Source: Candidatus Moraniibacteriota bacterium (GTDB taxonomy: Bacteria; Patescibacteriota; Minisyncoccia; Moranbacterales; UBA1568). Taken from it: a stretch of 64,000 nt of DNA. Where the stretch lies: positions 2,923 to 66,922 of the forward strand of contig SSEF01000010.1 in NCBI GenBank assembly GCA_008012175.1, read 5' to 3'. Each line of letters begins with the position of its first letter. The stretch's first letter is position 1. The translations under genes and the position numbers were made by a program. The notes beneath the pieces are model-generated. The model ran no database searches, was not told the origin of the DNA, and saw nothing but the letters and a program-made list of their open reading frames with translations. Below, piece by piece: positions 47,697-58,193 of this stretch.

Positions 47697-48734
47697 TTAT
47701 AGCCAATCAAAGGATTCGAAGCTCCAATCGAACATAGACTGCACGCTCTGCCAACGGTACGGATCATTCAAGACGACAGCGATGACCGGGTGCTCGCCCG
47801 AGGGATCGGTCGCGACCGCGAGAAGCGAATAGCCCGCAAGCGGTGTGAAACCAGTCTTCGTCCCAACGAGATTCGGCATCGATCCGATGAGCTGGTCTGT
47901 GTTGAAAACCTCGTGCGTGAGCCGGCCGTCGATCGATGTGATGCTTGCCTTTTCGATCTTCATGATCTCCCAAAGGATGTCATGCTGAAGCGCTACGCTT
48001 GCGATCGTCGCAATATCCTGAGCAGACGAATAACACCGATTCTCCTCGCCGTCAATCTCTAGTCCGGACGGGGTGCAAAACAGAGAATCAGCCAATCCCA
48101 GCTCGGCTGCCCGCTCGTTCATAATGCGGGCAAAGCCCTCTTGCGTCCCGCCAAGATGCTTGCCGAGCGCAATGGCTGCATCGTTAGCACTATTCATGAG
48201 AGCGGCCTTGAGGAGGTCGCGCACTGTAAGTCGCTCCCCGACCTCAAAGCGAACTCCGGGGCAATATCCGGAACGTGGACAGCCGATCCGCGTACCTTCG
48301 CTATAGACCGCCTCTTCGTCAATCGTCACTGCTGTCTCGAGATCCTGAACCCGCTCGACGACGATAAGCGCTGTGAAGAGCTTGGTCAGGGATGCAATCT
48401 GGCGCCGATCATCAGCATTTCTCGCATAGAGCACCTGTCCCGATTCCGCATCCATGATGACCGAAGCATGCGCTGTCGGCACAGAGAGCCGTGGTGCGTA
48501 TTCACGGAGAATCGGCTGGAACGTGGCTGAAAGTGATCGATTTTCGACAAAATAAGGGGCCGCAAAAGACAATCCCGGAGACGGATCTGCGGGCTCCGAT
48601 CCCTGTTTTTCCGTCCCGAAGAGATGATCGACTGCGCCACTTGTTAAGAATGAATAGACGAGCTCGGGCTGCTCCTTCAGCGTCCAGAGCCCGATAGCTA
48701 TTACGATACTGATGGTGAGAAAAATCCGCATCAT
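47697..48734 (-). CDS. D-Ala-D-Ala carboxypeptidase (peptidase S11)
   Basis: ASLTK (SxxK), SAN (SxN), KTG. Confidence 0.92.
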   Translation of the reverse strand: MMRIFLTISIVIAIGLWTLKEQPELVYSFLTSGAVDHLFGTEKQGSEPADPSPGLSFAAPYFVENRSLSATFQPILREYAPRLSVPTAHASVIMDAESGQVLYARNADDRRQIASLTKLFTALIVVERVQDLETAVTIDEEAVYSEGTRIGCPRSGYCPGVRFEVGERLTVRDLLKAALMNSANDAAIALGKHLGGTQEGFARIMNERAAELGLADSLFCTPSGLEIDGEENRCYSSAQDIATIASVALQHDILWEIMKIEKASITSIDGRLTHEVFNTDQLIGSMPNLVGTKTGFTPLAGYSLLAVATDPSGEHPVIAVVLNDPYRWQSVQSMFDWSFESFDWL

Positions 48735-49327
48735 GTTGTTGGCAATTCTTTCGAAACATTTACGGCAGCAGCTTCATTTCCCGATGCTTCCACAACACGC
48801 ATGCGTTCATCATTCGAGAGTGAATCAAAATCTGGCAAGTCTTCCAGCCGAGCTAATCCGAGATGCTCAAGGAATTGAAATGACGGACGGTAGACATAGC
48901 CACGAGAATCCTCTGGATTCCCGTTCCGCTCGATGAGACCGCGGATGAGGAGCGCGCGGAGCGTATAGCTGCAATTGACGCCACGGATTGCTTCGATCTC
49001 GCTCCGTGCGATCGGTGCGCGATACGCAACGATGGACAACACTTCGAGTGCCGCCTTGGAAAGCACATCCTGAAGGGTCGATTTGGTGAACGCTTCAACC
49101 AGGGTCGTCAAATCCCTTTTGGTTGCCATTTCGATGCGACCATGGTGTTCGATCAGCATAAGGCCGGAATTCGTGTCATCAGCATAGCGCTTCCCGAGCT
49201 CGGCAATCACTCGTTCCAGCTCATCCTTTTCGATACCGAGAAGCTCGATGAGCCGCGATTTGGCTATCGGTTCGCCGCTGATAAAAAGCAGGGCTTCTAG
49301 CTTTGATTGGAGCGGGGCTGTTTTCAT
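48731..49327 (-). CDS. scpB: Segregation/condensation protein B
   Basis: LEALLF, LSKAALEVLSIVAY..PI...EIE.IRGVN, FL..LGL..LEDLP. Confidence 0.95.
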   Translation of the reverse strand: MKTAPLQSKLEALLFISGEPIAKSRLIELLGIEKDELERVIAELGKRYADDTNSGLMLIEHHGRIEMATKRDLTTLVEAFTKSTLQDVLSKAALEVLSIVAYRAPIARSEIEAIRGVNCSYTLRALLIRGLIERNGNPEDSRGYVYRPSFQFLEHLGLARLEDLPDFDSLSNDERMRVVEASGNEAAAVNVSKELPTT

Positions 49328-49336
49328 ATGGTGAAG

Positions 49337-50053
49337 CTATAACCTCTTCTCTATCTCGTGATGGAGCGCGATATCACGGAATGAACCTTCCTGCTCCGCC
49401 CGGACGAAGCGCTGTTTCACAAGTTCAAGCACTGCAAGGAACGCGACGATGATTTCCAACTTGTCTTTCACGTCGGCCGTCATCTGGCGGAATGAGAGCT
49501 CCATCCGGTTCGCAAGGGAAGAGCGTAGCTCAAGCATCTTCTCTTCAAGCGAGATGACATTCTGGATCTCCTCCTCCTCGAGCTTTTCAAGAAGTGGGAT
49601 TTCTCCTAAGACCGACTGGAAGGCCTCCGCGAGGCTGTCGGCGGTCATGCTAGGCGGGGGAAGAAACACGATCTCAGCCCCGAGAAAGCTCTCGCGCGAT
49701 CTCGCCCGCTCTCCCCTAGCGAAGAGGAGTCCAAGTCGGACGCTCGCATCACGAAACTTACGATACTCTCGGAGCTGCCACTCGAGATCCTCGATCGTCT
49801 CCTCTTCATCATCGGTAAATTCAAGGAGCGGCAGCAAGGCGCGGGATTTCAAGAGGAGAAGGCGCGAGGCAACGGAAAGGAACTCGGCAAGATGGGCGAG
49901 AGGCACCTCCCCTTGTCGCGCAATGTACTCGAGATACTGATCAGCAACTGCCGCCAAAGAAACCCGGGTGATATCGAGCTTTTCTTTTTCGATGAGCTGC
50001 AAGAGAAGACCGAGCGGCCCTTCGAACTGCTCCAATCGCACCGCATACGTCAT
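49337..50053 (-). CDS. scpA: Segregation/condensation protein A
   Basis: FEGPLGLLLQLI, LKSRALLP, FLAVLEL. Confidence 0.95.
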   Translation of the reverse strand: MTYAVRLEQFEGPLGLLLQLIEKEKLDITRVSLAAVADQYLEYIARQGEVPLAHLAEFLSVASRLLLLKSRALLPLLEFTDDEEETIEDLEWQLREYRKFRDASVRLGLLFARGERARSRESFLGAEIVFLPPPSMTADSLAEAFQSVLGEIPLLEKLEEEEIQNVISLEEKMLELRSSLANRMELSFRQMTADVKDKLEIIVAFLAVLELVKQRFVRAEQEGSFRDIALHHEIEKRL

Positions 50054-50119
50054 AAGGTTTCGAACCCATGATACCACGGCTTTCAGTCCCAAGGCCAGCC
50101 AAAATCGCCTCCAGCCTAT

Positions 50120-51352
50120 TCAAGATCGACCAGGAGGAGCATCCGGCTGATGAAGCTCTGATTCACTCCTCGAATCATCCAGAGAAAGCGCCGCAAAGCA
50201 GGCGCCAAGCGCTACAGCGCCGACAAGAAAGAACAGGCTATGAACTGAAAAAACCGAAAGGAAGGCAAGCGAGATTCCGGCAGCGGCGATATCCGCAGTC
50301 GGCCGGGCTGTCCGGAAAAATGCGACGCTATCGGTATCGGTCGGTCCGATCTGCTTGTAGAAGTACGAATCACGGAGGACCTCGATCGCCGCCGCACCAA
50401 GACGTGTAACGAAAAGCAGCGCAGCCCAAAAAACAATATCCGTCGAACGCGTGATTCCGACAGCGACGCTCGAGATACCAAGAACGACCAGCGAGACAAA
50501 TAGAAGCTCTTTTTCGCCCCATTTCTTATCTGCCAGGATGCCAAGTGGATACTGGACGAGCACGAACGGAATGAGCATGACTGTGAAGATGAATCCGATG
50601 CGCTCCCAGTCAAATCCTTGAGAGAGGAGGAGGATCGGCGCATAGATAATCATCACCGCATAAAAAAACTCAAGCGTCCACGAGATCGCGTAAATGCGCA
50701 AAAGGTTCGGCCGCCCCATAACCTTGCGAAGGGTATCAAGGAACGCAACTCTGGGAAGCCGGGAAGTCTGATGCTGCCGGAGACTAACGAGCACAACAAT
50801 GAACACCGCCATATAGCCTATGCCAAGCGCTGTAAAGATACCGGGGTAGCCCGCCAACGCAAGCGTTTTCGTCGAAAGAATCGGGGCAAGAAGCAGTCCC
50901 GCATTCATCACGGTAAGGTAGAGGCCTCGGACCCGTCCGGATACCCGGTCCACGGAGAAGTCTTCAACGAGGACATCCATGACTACCCAGACCGTGTTGC
51001 TGCAAACCATGAAAAAGAGAAGTGTTCCGGCTCCGGCCCAGGATGGTTCCTGAAGGCTGAGGAAGAAACTTGCACCGATAAGCCCCATCAGAAGCATGCT
51101 GAGTAGTCGAACCGAACCGACTCCATGAATCAGTGGCTGGAGGTGCATGAGCAGCCACAGTACGAAAACAAAAGCCGCGAGATAGAACCCGCCGACAAGA
51201 TGTTCACCAGAAATCTGAACGAAATACGATGACAGTATGTAGATGAGAAAAGCGTCGAGAAAACCGAGGATGAAAGATACGGATGAAAGCAGCCTGACCT
51301 TAGATTGATCAAATATCCCGGATGATCCGAATTTTCCTGATTCATGTGGCAT
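50120..51352 (-). CDS. MFS transporter
   Basis: About 12 TMs, G.LADK.G motif A; start uncertain. Confidence 0.85.
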   Translation of the reverse strand: MPHESGKFGSSGIFDQSKVRLLSSVSFILGFLDAFLIYILSSYFVQISGEHLVGGFYLAAFVFVLWLLMHLQPLIHGVGSVRLLSMLLMGLIGASFFLSLQEPSWAGAGTLLFFMVCSNTVWVVMDVLVEDFSVDRVSGRVRGLYLTVMNAGLLLAPILSTKTLALAGYPGIFTALGIGYMAVFIVVLVSLRQHQTSRLPRVAFLDTLRKVMGRPNLLRIYAISWTLEFFYAVMIIYAPILLLSQGFDWERIGFIFTVMLIPFVLVQYPLGILADKKWGEKELLFVSLVVLGISSVAVGITRSTDIVFWAALLFVTRLGAAAIEVLRDSYFYKQIGPTDTDSVAFFRTARPTADIAAAGISLAFLSVFSVHSLFFLVGAVALGACFAALSLDDSRSESELHQPDAPPGRS

Positions 51353-51399
51353 GTCCTCATTATGCCACATATCGAACATGACTGACCGCCTCTCCGGCC

Positions 51400-51792
51400 T
51401 CATTCTATACAGCCCGTATGATAACCTTTTGCGATAGCCGCTTCGGTTGATGTGAAACAAACTAAGTTTTCAGGCTTAATCTGCTTGGCACAGCGGGAAG
51501 CTGGCGTATGATACTTGTTCGAATTCTTACTTCCGACGAATGCACAATCCTGATTCGTTTTCTGGAAATGTTCGGCAGCCTCGGATACCCCTGGCTCAAT
51601 CGGCTGCCGCTCAGGAATAGCTGCCGGGGAAATGGTCGCCGGAACTTCGACAATGACCGGTTTCGGCTCGTCTATCGCCTGCTGGATCGAGCCAGCCTCG
51701 AAGGAGAGGGCCGAAACCAAAATGAAAGCCATGGCCAGCCAGAATTTCTCGAGCTTGCCTTCTAGTTTTCGGATTATCCCAAACCATTCCAT
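51400..51792 (-). CDS. Membrane protein with C-terminal Ada-like metal-binding domain
   Basis: TM then FVGSKNSNKYH....C...I...N..CF....A...GY..C. Confidence 0.75.
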   Translation of the reverse strand: MEWFGIIRKLEGKLEKFWLAMAFILVSALSFEAGSIQQAIDEPKPVIVEVPATISPAAIPERQPIEPGVSEAAEHFQKTNQDCAFVGSKNSNKYHTPASRCAKQIKPENLVCFTSTEAAIAKGYHTGCIE

Positions 51793-51875
51793 AGGATCGT
51801 TGACAGATGCGGTAGAAATCGCTATACTGCTCCCGTATATCTTTTGAAGGCCTATTGTAGGCTACAATCCCGAAT

Positions 51876-52160
51876 ATGGCAACCAGAAAAGCAGGTGGCT
51901 CAACCAGTCTCGGGCGCGATTCCATCTCGAAGCGCCTCGGCGTGAAGATCTATGGTGACCAGATCGCCATCGAGGGAAACGTCCTCGTCCGCCAGCGCGG
52001 CACGAAGTTCCATGCCGGCCAGAACGTCGAGCGCGGTGCTGACGACACCCTCTTCGCTCTCGTCGATGGCGTCGTCAAGTTCGAAGAACGCAAGGTGAAG
52101 GCGTTCACCGGCAAGCTCGAGAAGCGGATGTTCGTCCATGTCATCCCCGCCGAAGCCTAA
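51876..52160 (+). CDS. rpmA: 50S ribosomal protein L27
   Basis: [28 protein letters not shown]. Confidence 0.97.
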   Translation: MATRKAGGSTSLGRDSISKRLGVKIYGDQIAIEGNVLVRQRGTKFHAGQNVERGADDTLFALVDGVVKFEERKVKAFTGKLEKRMFVHVIPAEA

Positions 52161-52184
52161 GAGACAGACTTACGCTATCGGATT

Positions 52185-52221
52185 AAAAACCTCCCATATA
52201 TTAATTTATTGGGAGGTTTTT
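52185..52221. terminator. Bidirectional terminator
   Basis: AAAAACCTCCCA...TGGGAGGTTTTT. Confidence 0.75.
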
Positions 52222-52251
52222 TTATGGATTGTTTCAAACCTCTGGCCCGCC

Positions 52252-53904
52252 CTATCGCTGTCGACGAGTAGCCGCCTTGATGAATGCAGAGAAGATCGGA
52301 TGCGGCGCAAGGAGGCTCGACTGGAATTCGGGATGGAATTGGACGCCAACAAAGAATGGATGGACCGCCTTCGGGAGCTCGGCAATCTCCATGAGCACGC
52401 CATCCGGTGAAGTCCCGGAGAACACCATGCCGGCTGCCCTTAGCCGGTCGACATATTCCGGATTCACCTCATAGCGGTGCCGGTGACGCTCGACGATCTT
52501 CCTCGTTCCGTAGGCCGTTTCGACGATCGTGCCACGGCCGAGTACCGCCGGATACTCTCCAAGCCGCATCGTGCCGCCATACTCCTTCTTAGCAATTTTC
52601 TCCTTCTGTCCAGGCATGACATCGATGACGAGGTGCGGCGCTTTCGGTTCGACCTCGGCGGTATTCGCGCCGTTGAGCTTAGCCACGTGCCGGGCATACT
52701 CGATAACGGCGAGCTGCATGCCGTAGCAGATGCCGAAGTACGGGATTTTTTTCTTCCGGCAATACTCAATCGCGAGAATCTTCCCTTCGATGCCCCGGCT
52801 CCCGAAGCCGCCCGGAATGAGCACGCCGTCAAATCCCGAGAGCTCTCGGAGTTTCTTCGGATCCTTTTCATATTCAGTCGAATCGATCCAGACGAGCTCC
52901 GGCTTCCGATGATTGGAATATGCTGCGTGACGGAGGGATTCGATGACGCTGATATAGGCATCGGAAAGGACGAAGTCTCCAGTCTTGAAATACTTCCCAA
53001 CGACCGCGATTTTCACGCTGCGCTTGAGACGCTTCACCTCGGCAACCTTCTTCTGCCAGGGAGCGAGGGATGACTTCCGAGACCGCAGCTTCAGCCGGTC
53101 GATGATCATATCCGACAAGCGGTCCTTCTCGAAATTCACCGGGACATCGTAGATGCTCTCCACGTCCGGCGCGCTAATGATCGACTCCGGCCGCATGCTG
53201 CAGGAAACGGCGATCTTCTCTTTCCGCCGGTCATCGAGCGGACGCTCAGCCCGGGCGATGATGAAGTCTGCCTGGATGCCGGCGCTGTTCAAGGTGCGGG
53301 AAGCGTACTGCGTCGGCTTGGTCTTCATCTCGCCGATCTTATTCGGGATTGGGAGATACGAAACAAGGAGAAAGAGCACGTCATCCGGTTGTTCGTTTTT
53401 CAGCATGCGTGCCGCCTCGAGAAAAAGAATATTCTGGTATTCTCCGATCGTCCCGCCGATCTCGATAATGGTTACATCGGCGTCCGCCTTGTCTGCCGCA
53501 TGGCGGATCGTCTCGATCACTTCGAGCGGAATATGCGGCACGACCTCGACGCATTTGCCGTGATACTCCAGGTTGCGCTCGCGCTCAATGACCCGCTTGT
53601 AGACCGATCCCGTCGTCATATAGCTCTCGCGCGAGAGCCGGAGCCCCATGAAACGCTCGTAATTCCCCATGTCCTGATCCGTCTCGTAGCCATCGGCCAA
53701 GACAAAGACTTCGCCATGTTCGGTCGGATTCATCGTCCCAGCATCGACGTTGATATAAGGATCGATCTTGATCGCCGTCACGGTCTGGCCGCGAGCCTGG
53801 AGAATTTTCCCGATAGATGATGCGGCGACCCCCTTGCCGACACCGCTCATGACACCGCCAACCACAAAGATGTATTTTCTCGAACGATTTTTTCTGTCTT
53901 GCAT
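52252..53904 (-). CDS. pyrG: CTP synthase
   Basis: GGVMSGVGKG, KTKPTQ, PGGFG, GICYGMQ, RHRHRYE, QFHPE. Confidence 0.98.
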   Translation of the reverse strand: MQDRKNRSRKYIFVVGGVMSGVGKGVAASSIGKILQARGQTVTAIKIDPYINVDAGTMNPTEHGEVFVLADGYETDQDMGNYERFMGLRLSRESYMTTGSVYKRVIERERNLEYHGKCVEVVPHIPLEVIETIRHAADKADADVTIIEIGGTIGEYQNILFLEAARMLKNEQPDDVLFLLVSYLPIPNKIGEMKTKPTQYASRTLNSAGIQADFIIARAERPLDDRRKEKIAVSCSMRPESIISAPDVESIYDVPVNFEKDRLSDMIIDRLKLRSRKSSLAPWQKKVAEVKRLKRSVKIAVVGKYFKTGDFVLSDAYISVIESLRHAAYSNHRKPELVWIDSTEYEKDPKKLRELSGFDGVLIPGGFGSRGIEGKILAIEYCRKKKIPYFGICYGMQLAVIEYARHVAKLNGANTAEVEPKAPHLVIDVMPGQKEKIAKKEYGGTMRLGEYPAVLGRGTIVETAYGTRKIVERHRHRYEVNPEYVDRLRAAGMVFSGTSPDGVLMEIAELPKAVHPFFVGVQFHPEFQSSLLAPHPIFSAFIKAATRRQR

Positions 53905-53984
53905 AGAGTTATTTTATCTGTTTACAGAGAAAGAGCCGCCTCCGATGACGAAGAACGGCTCTTTTTCAAAGAATCTGGAGATGC

Positions 53985-54422
53985 CTACTCTGCCACCACC
54001 GAAACCGTCACGATCGCTTTCGATTGTCCGGCCTCAAGCTTGACCGCATACTCCCCGACCGCTTTGATCGGATGCTCAAGCTGGACCATTTCTTCGACGA
54101 TCTCGATATCGTTCGATTTTGCGGCAGCGACGATATCAGCCGCATTCACTGATCCGAAAAGCTTTCCTTCGGCCGCTTTAACCTTCACTGTTAGCGTCAT
54201 CCCGTCGATACGCTTCATCGATGCGGAAAGCTCTGAAACCCTCGCTGATTTTTCAGCGTTCCGCTTGGCAAGCGACCGCTCGACGGACTTCACTATGCCT
54301 GCGGTAGCCAGCTCCGCCAACCCTTCCGGAAGAAGATAATTGAATGCAAATCCCTTTTTGACATCTTTGATCTCTCCGGCCGTGCCGAGCCCTGCGACAT
54401 CCTTCACGAGTACCACTTTCAT
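53985..54422 (-). CDS. rplI: 50S ribosomal protein L9
   Basis: MKVVLVKDV..LG..G....VK.GFA.NYLLP, GKLFGSV. Confidence 0.96.
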   Translation of the reverse strand: MKVVLVKDVAGLGTAGEIKDVKKGFAFNYLLPEGLAELATAGIVKSVERSLAKRNAEKSARVSELSASMKRIDGMTLTVKVKAAEGKLFGSVNAADIVAAAKSNDIEIVEEMVQLEHPIKAVGEYAVKLEAGQSKAIVTVSVVAE

Positions 54423-54596
54423 AGCTTTCCTGCGATTCAAAACTTATGCCCCATCCTAGCGCTTTTTTAGCGTATTGACAAGACGCCCTGTTCGGAAAAT
54501 ATCCGATCGACGAAGGCTCCAAACGCGCCTAAGGTACTGTGGGCACGAAGACAAGGACGGTTTGAGAGAGCAACCAACACGCGATCCTAGGTATTC

Positions 54597-55646
54597 TTAG
54601 CGGATGAAAAGACTGTCCCCAAAGGAATAGAATGCGAATCGTTCTGCAACGGCAATCCCGTACAAGTCAATCACGCTTTTCTTTGCGCCCTTATGACGGA
54701 GAAACGCGTCCACAAGGAGCATGAGCGAGGATTTCGGTAAGTGAAAATTTGTGATGAGCGCATCCACTGTTTGAAAATGGTAGGGTGGAACGATGAAGAT
54801 GTCCGTGGTACCGACGTGCGAACGAAGCCGGCCGTCCCGGCTCAGAGACTCGAGCGCGCGCGTTGTCGTCGTACCCACGGAAACGATCTGTCTTCCGGCA
54901 TTCTTCGCCCGCCGCACCTGTTCGGCAGTTGCCTCTGGAAGGGATACCCTCTCCGCATGCAGCCGGCCAAGAGAGAAATGCTCTTCGCAAAGCGGCGAAA
55001 ATGTTCCGAGCCCAACGTCGAGCGTGAGCCGGGCCGTCTCGACATTCCGTTCATGGAGCAAACGGAGCATTTCATCCGTGAAATGGAGCGAAGCCGTAGG
55101 GGCTGCGACCGATTGCCCGGCTGCCGCAAAGACTGCCTGATAACGCATCCGGAGATCGGCTTCATCCGGTCCGGTTTCAGATTTGAGATAGTGCGGTATC
55201 GGCGTCTCACCGAACGTATCGAGGAGCGCGTCAAGGGAGTGGGCGCTTTCGAGCCGGAAGAAGAATTTTGCTCCTTCCTGCCGCTCCACTATCAGCCCGG
55301 CGCCATCCGGGAAAACGAGCCGATCACCAAGATTCACATGCCGGTCGACGAGCGCCGGTATAAGCCCTATTCCGCTCCACTCATTCACGAGAATGAACAC
55401 TTCGATTTTTCCGCCGGTTGGTTTCCGCAACCAGAGGCGCGCGGGGCGGACGCGGGTCTCGTTGAGAACGAGGAGGGCTTCAGCCGGGAGATGCGCCGCC
55501 AGATTTCGGAAAATATCGAAAGTGACCTCGTCGGTTTTCGTATCATAGACGAAGAGACGGGCGCTGTCGCGAGGCTCGAGCGGCACCGTCCGGATGAGCT
55601 CGGACGGAAGCTCATAATCATACTGGCTAAGATCGGAGAAATGCAT
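54597..55646 (-). CDS. queA: SAM:tRNA ribosyltransferase-isomerase QueA
   Basis: YDYELP, PRDSARL, VAAPTASLHF, VGTTTTRALES, TNFHLPKS, FYSFGD. Confidence 0.95.
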   Translation of the reverse strand: MHFSDLSQYDYELPSELIRTVPLEPRDSARLFVYDTKTDEVTFDIFRNLAAHLPAEALLVLNETRVRPARLWLRKPTGGKIEVFILVNEWSGIGLIPALVDRHVNLGDRLVFPDGAGLIVERQEGAKFFFRLESAHSLDALLDTFGETPIPHYLKSETGPDEADLRMRYQAVFAAAGQSVAAPTASLHFTDEMLRLLHERNVETARLTLDVGLGTFSPLCEEHFSLGRLHAERVSLPEATAEQVRRAKNAGRQIVSVGTTTTRALESLSRDGRLRSHVGTTDIFIVPPYHFQTVDALITNFHLPKSSLMLLVDAFLRHKGAKKSVIDLYGIAVAERFAFYSFGDSLFIR

Positions 55647-55759
55647 GAGGGTAAGTATAGCAAATGAGGCCGTTTGCACGCGGTACGTGTTATAATGGGT
55701 CCGATATAAACGGCCTTTTCCGCCGTCCGCGATACCCAATCCACGTCCCGCTCCGTCGT

Positions 55760-58045
55760 ATGCCGTCCGCACTCGTGCCGTTGCTTGGCCTCGCCACCGC
55801 TGTTGCTGCCGTATGGCTGCGCCACCATTTTTTCCTGCTCCCAGGCGACTGGTCTGCCACCGGCTTTGCGCTCGGCATCAGCGCCGCCCTGATCTTTCCT
55901 CTCGCTCTCTATTCAAGATTCCGGACGATACCCTGGCGAGTCCGTATCCCGCGCTTGGCGAGCATGGCAGCCATCCTTGGGCTGACGGTCATCGTCTTCA
56001 ACGCTCAGACATTTGGCATCGGACTGCTCCCCGGATACGACGCCCTCCTTCCGCTGAATGCATGGGGAAGCGCCAATCTCTCCTTCCTCTCGAAATTGGG
56101 CACCGTGCTCGGGGCCTTCGCGCTCTTCACCGTCTGTGCCTCGGCCATTGGCTACGCACTCCTCGGCCTGTTCCGTTTCGAGACAGATGACCGGAGCGGC
56201 TATGTTCAGGCTGCAAGGCTCATGACCGGATCTGCTGTCATTGCGATCTCTACGCTCGGACTCGGCGTGTCCGACCAGCTCTCGCCCGGCGCGATCTGGA
56301 TCGGTATCGCTGCCAGCATAGCCATCGGCTGGCGGCATATTGCTAGCCTTATCCGTTGGTGTTTCGGTAGTGACATCTGGACGATCGATGCGCGCCGCCC
56401 AACCTTTTTCATCGCCGCGCTTTGCTGTTTCCTCATCGCGCTGAGCCTCGGAGAAACGATTCGCCCAGCACCGACCGGCTACGACGATATGACATACTAC
56501 ATGGACCGGGTGCAGCGGATGCAGGACAGCTGGACACTCATCGCCGGCGGATATCCCTTTCCTTTCGAGCTACTCAGCACTGCCTTCGCCATCGCTGGCC
56601 GCGACACGACGATGATGCTCGCACTCGCCGTCGGCGCCTTTGGTCTTATTCTCGGATCCCTATTCCTCGCTGGCTTCGGCCGCACTATCCTCGGCACCGA
56701 GGCCGGATTAGCCGCCGCTGTCATCGCGCTTTCCGTCCCAATGGGTTCGGCGCTCGCCTTCCTTGAAACCAAGCCTGATGCCTGGCTTTTCCCCGTTGCA
56801 ACACTGTTCTTCTGGTCCCTTGTCCGCTGGCTCGGCACTGGCCATTCGGCACCGTTCCTCTTTGCGAGCTTCCTTCTAGGCTTCGCCGTCACCCTGAAGC
56901 TCACTGCCCTCTTTCTTTTAGCCCCGCTTTTCATCGCAGGTCTTATCGCTGCCATTCGCGGCATCATGAAAACACGCCGCAAGCGCATGCGGACCGGTCT
57001 GTTCGCGCTCGTCTGCTGCCTCCTGCCCATATTCCCGTGGCTTTGGCTCGCCGAATCCACCCGGCCGGACGATGATCCAAGGCGGATTGAAACGATCCTC
57101 TCGAGCCACGCCCCGTCCGAACCATCGCTCAGGCGCGACATCGATACCCTTCTTGCGGCAAGCAATTGCCAGCCGACAGGCCGGGAGGAGGATCTGAACC
57201 GTTTTACCGCTATCCGGCCAGCCGGAACTGGCATCCTTTTCCTTCCATGGGATCTCACGATGAATCTCAGCGTCCGGCTCTTCGCGACAGAATTCGGGCT
57301 CCTCTTTCTCGCCCTCCTGCCGATCTGGATCTGGCACGAGCTCATCCAACCGCGACGGCCAATCCGCGAACGACTCGGATCGCCTATGGTCCAGATTGCC
57401 CTCTTCGCTGCCGGGTTCATGCTGCTCTGGGTCAGTTTTGCGGAGCGAGTGTCCTGGTACGGCTACCCAGTGATCGCGCTCTTCGCACTCCTCATCGCCG
57501 CACTCGCCGACCAGGTCCGTACACTGCCATCGCCGGCCAGATGCGTGATTATCGGGATCCTCCTGCTTGGCCTCTGCAGTAACGTGCTGGTCCGGCTCAG
57601 CTTCGCCGGCACGCCAGAACGCCTCCGATTTGCGAGTGGCGCCTCTTCCACCGAGACCTACCTTGATTCGGCATTCCCCGGCCTCCGGACAATCAGAACC
57701 GCGTTAAACCGGCCGGATGAGCCGCGAGTCTATGTCGCCGGATCCCGTCTCTGGTACACCATCGATGACCGATCAGCCCGGGCGTACAATGACAGCCGGC
57801 TCGATACCTTCGCCTGCTTTCTCGATACCTATGGAGCCGACGGGACATTCCAGCAGCTCGCCGCGCTCGACATCCGCTATGTGCTGTTTCCGCGTTCACT
57901 TCTCCACGAACTCGATCGCCATCCTGAATCAACGCTCGGGGAAAAAGTAAGGCGCTTCACTGAGTTTTCCGGCCAGTACCTCCGCGTCGTATGGGGGTCG
58001 CCCCACTATCTCCTGCTCGAGCCCGGTGACACGGGCCGCAGATAA
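55760..58045 (+). CDS. Large polytopic membrane protein, probable GT-C glycosyltransferase
   Basis: Many TMs, luminal GYDDMTYY motif, KPD, LLGFAVTLK. Confidence 0.7.
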   Translation: MPSALVPLLGLATAVAAVWLRHHFFLLPGDWSATGFALGISAALIFPLALYSRFRTIPWRVRIPRLASMAAILGLTVIVFNAQTFGIGLLPGYDALLPLNAWGSANLSFLSKLGTVLGAFALFTVCASAIGYALLGLFRFETDDRSGYVQAARLMTGSAVIAISTLGLGVSDQLSPGAIWIGIAASIAIGWRHIASLIRWCFGSDIWTIDARRPTFFIAALCCFLIALSLGETIRPAPTGYDDMTYYMDRVQRMQDSWTLIAGGYPFPFELLSTAFAIAGRDTTMMLALAVGAFGLILGSLFLAGFGRTILGTEAGLAAAVIALSVPMGSALAFLETKPDAWLFPVATLFFWSLVRWLGTGHSAPFLFASFLLGFAVTLKLTALFLLAPLFIAGLIAAIRGIMKTRRKRMRTGLFALVCCLLPIFPWLWLAESTRPDDDPRRIETILSSHAPSEPSLRRDIDTLLAASNCQPTGREEDLNRFTAIRPAGTGILFLPWDLTMNLSVRLFATEFGLLFLALLPIWIWHELIQPRRPIRERLGSPMVQIALFAAGFMLLWVSFAERVSWYGYPVIALFALLIAALADQVRTLPSPARCVIIGILLLGLCSNVLVRLSFAGTPERLRFASGASSTETYLDSAFPGLRTIRTALNRPDEPRVYVAGSRLWYTIDDRSARAYNDSRLDTFACFLDTYGADGTFQQLAALDIRYVLFPRSLLHELDRHPESTLGEKVRRFTEFSGQYLRVVWGSPHYLLLEPGDTGRR

Positions 58046-58071
58046 GTCAGAACAGTTTTCTGATAAAAAAG

Positions 58072-58100
58072 TGGGTATAGGATAGTTTCTCCTATACCCA
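58072..58100 (-). terminator. Intrinsic terminator downstream of tRNA-Ala and the peptide ORF
   Basis: TGGGTATAGGA...TCCTATACCCA then a U-tract on the minus strand. Confidence 0.75.
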
Positions 58101-58124
58101 GACAGATTCGTACTCTGCCGCACG

Positions 58125-58193
58125 CTAATGGATCGCTATCAGCAGTAGCCCGTAGGCTCCTAGAATGCAGATAATGGCCATGCGAATTTTCAC
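58125..58193 (-). CDS. Putative 22-aa hydrophobic peptide
   Basis: SD AGAGGAG, GTG start, MKIRMAIICILGAYGLLLIAIH. Confidence 0.4.
   Translation of the reverse strand: MKIRMAIICILGAYGLLLIAIH

Noticed and set aside
54475-54596. Small RNA (6S-like) between rplI and queA
   Set aside because: Only weak pairing and no convincing -10 or terminator; the TTGACA is the reverse strand of the rplI -35 region.
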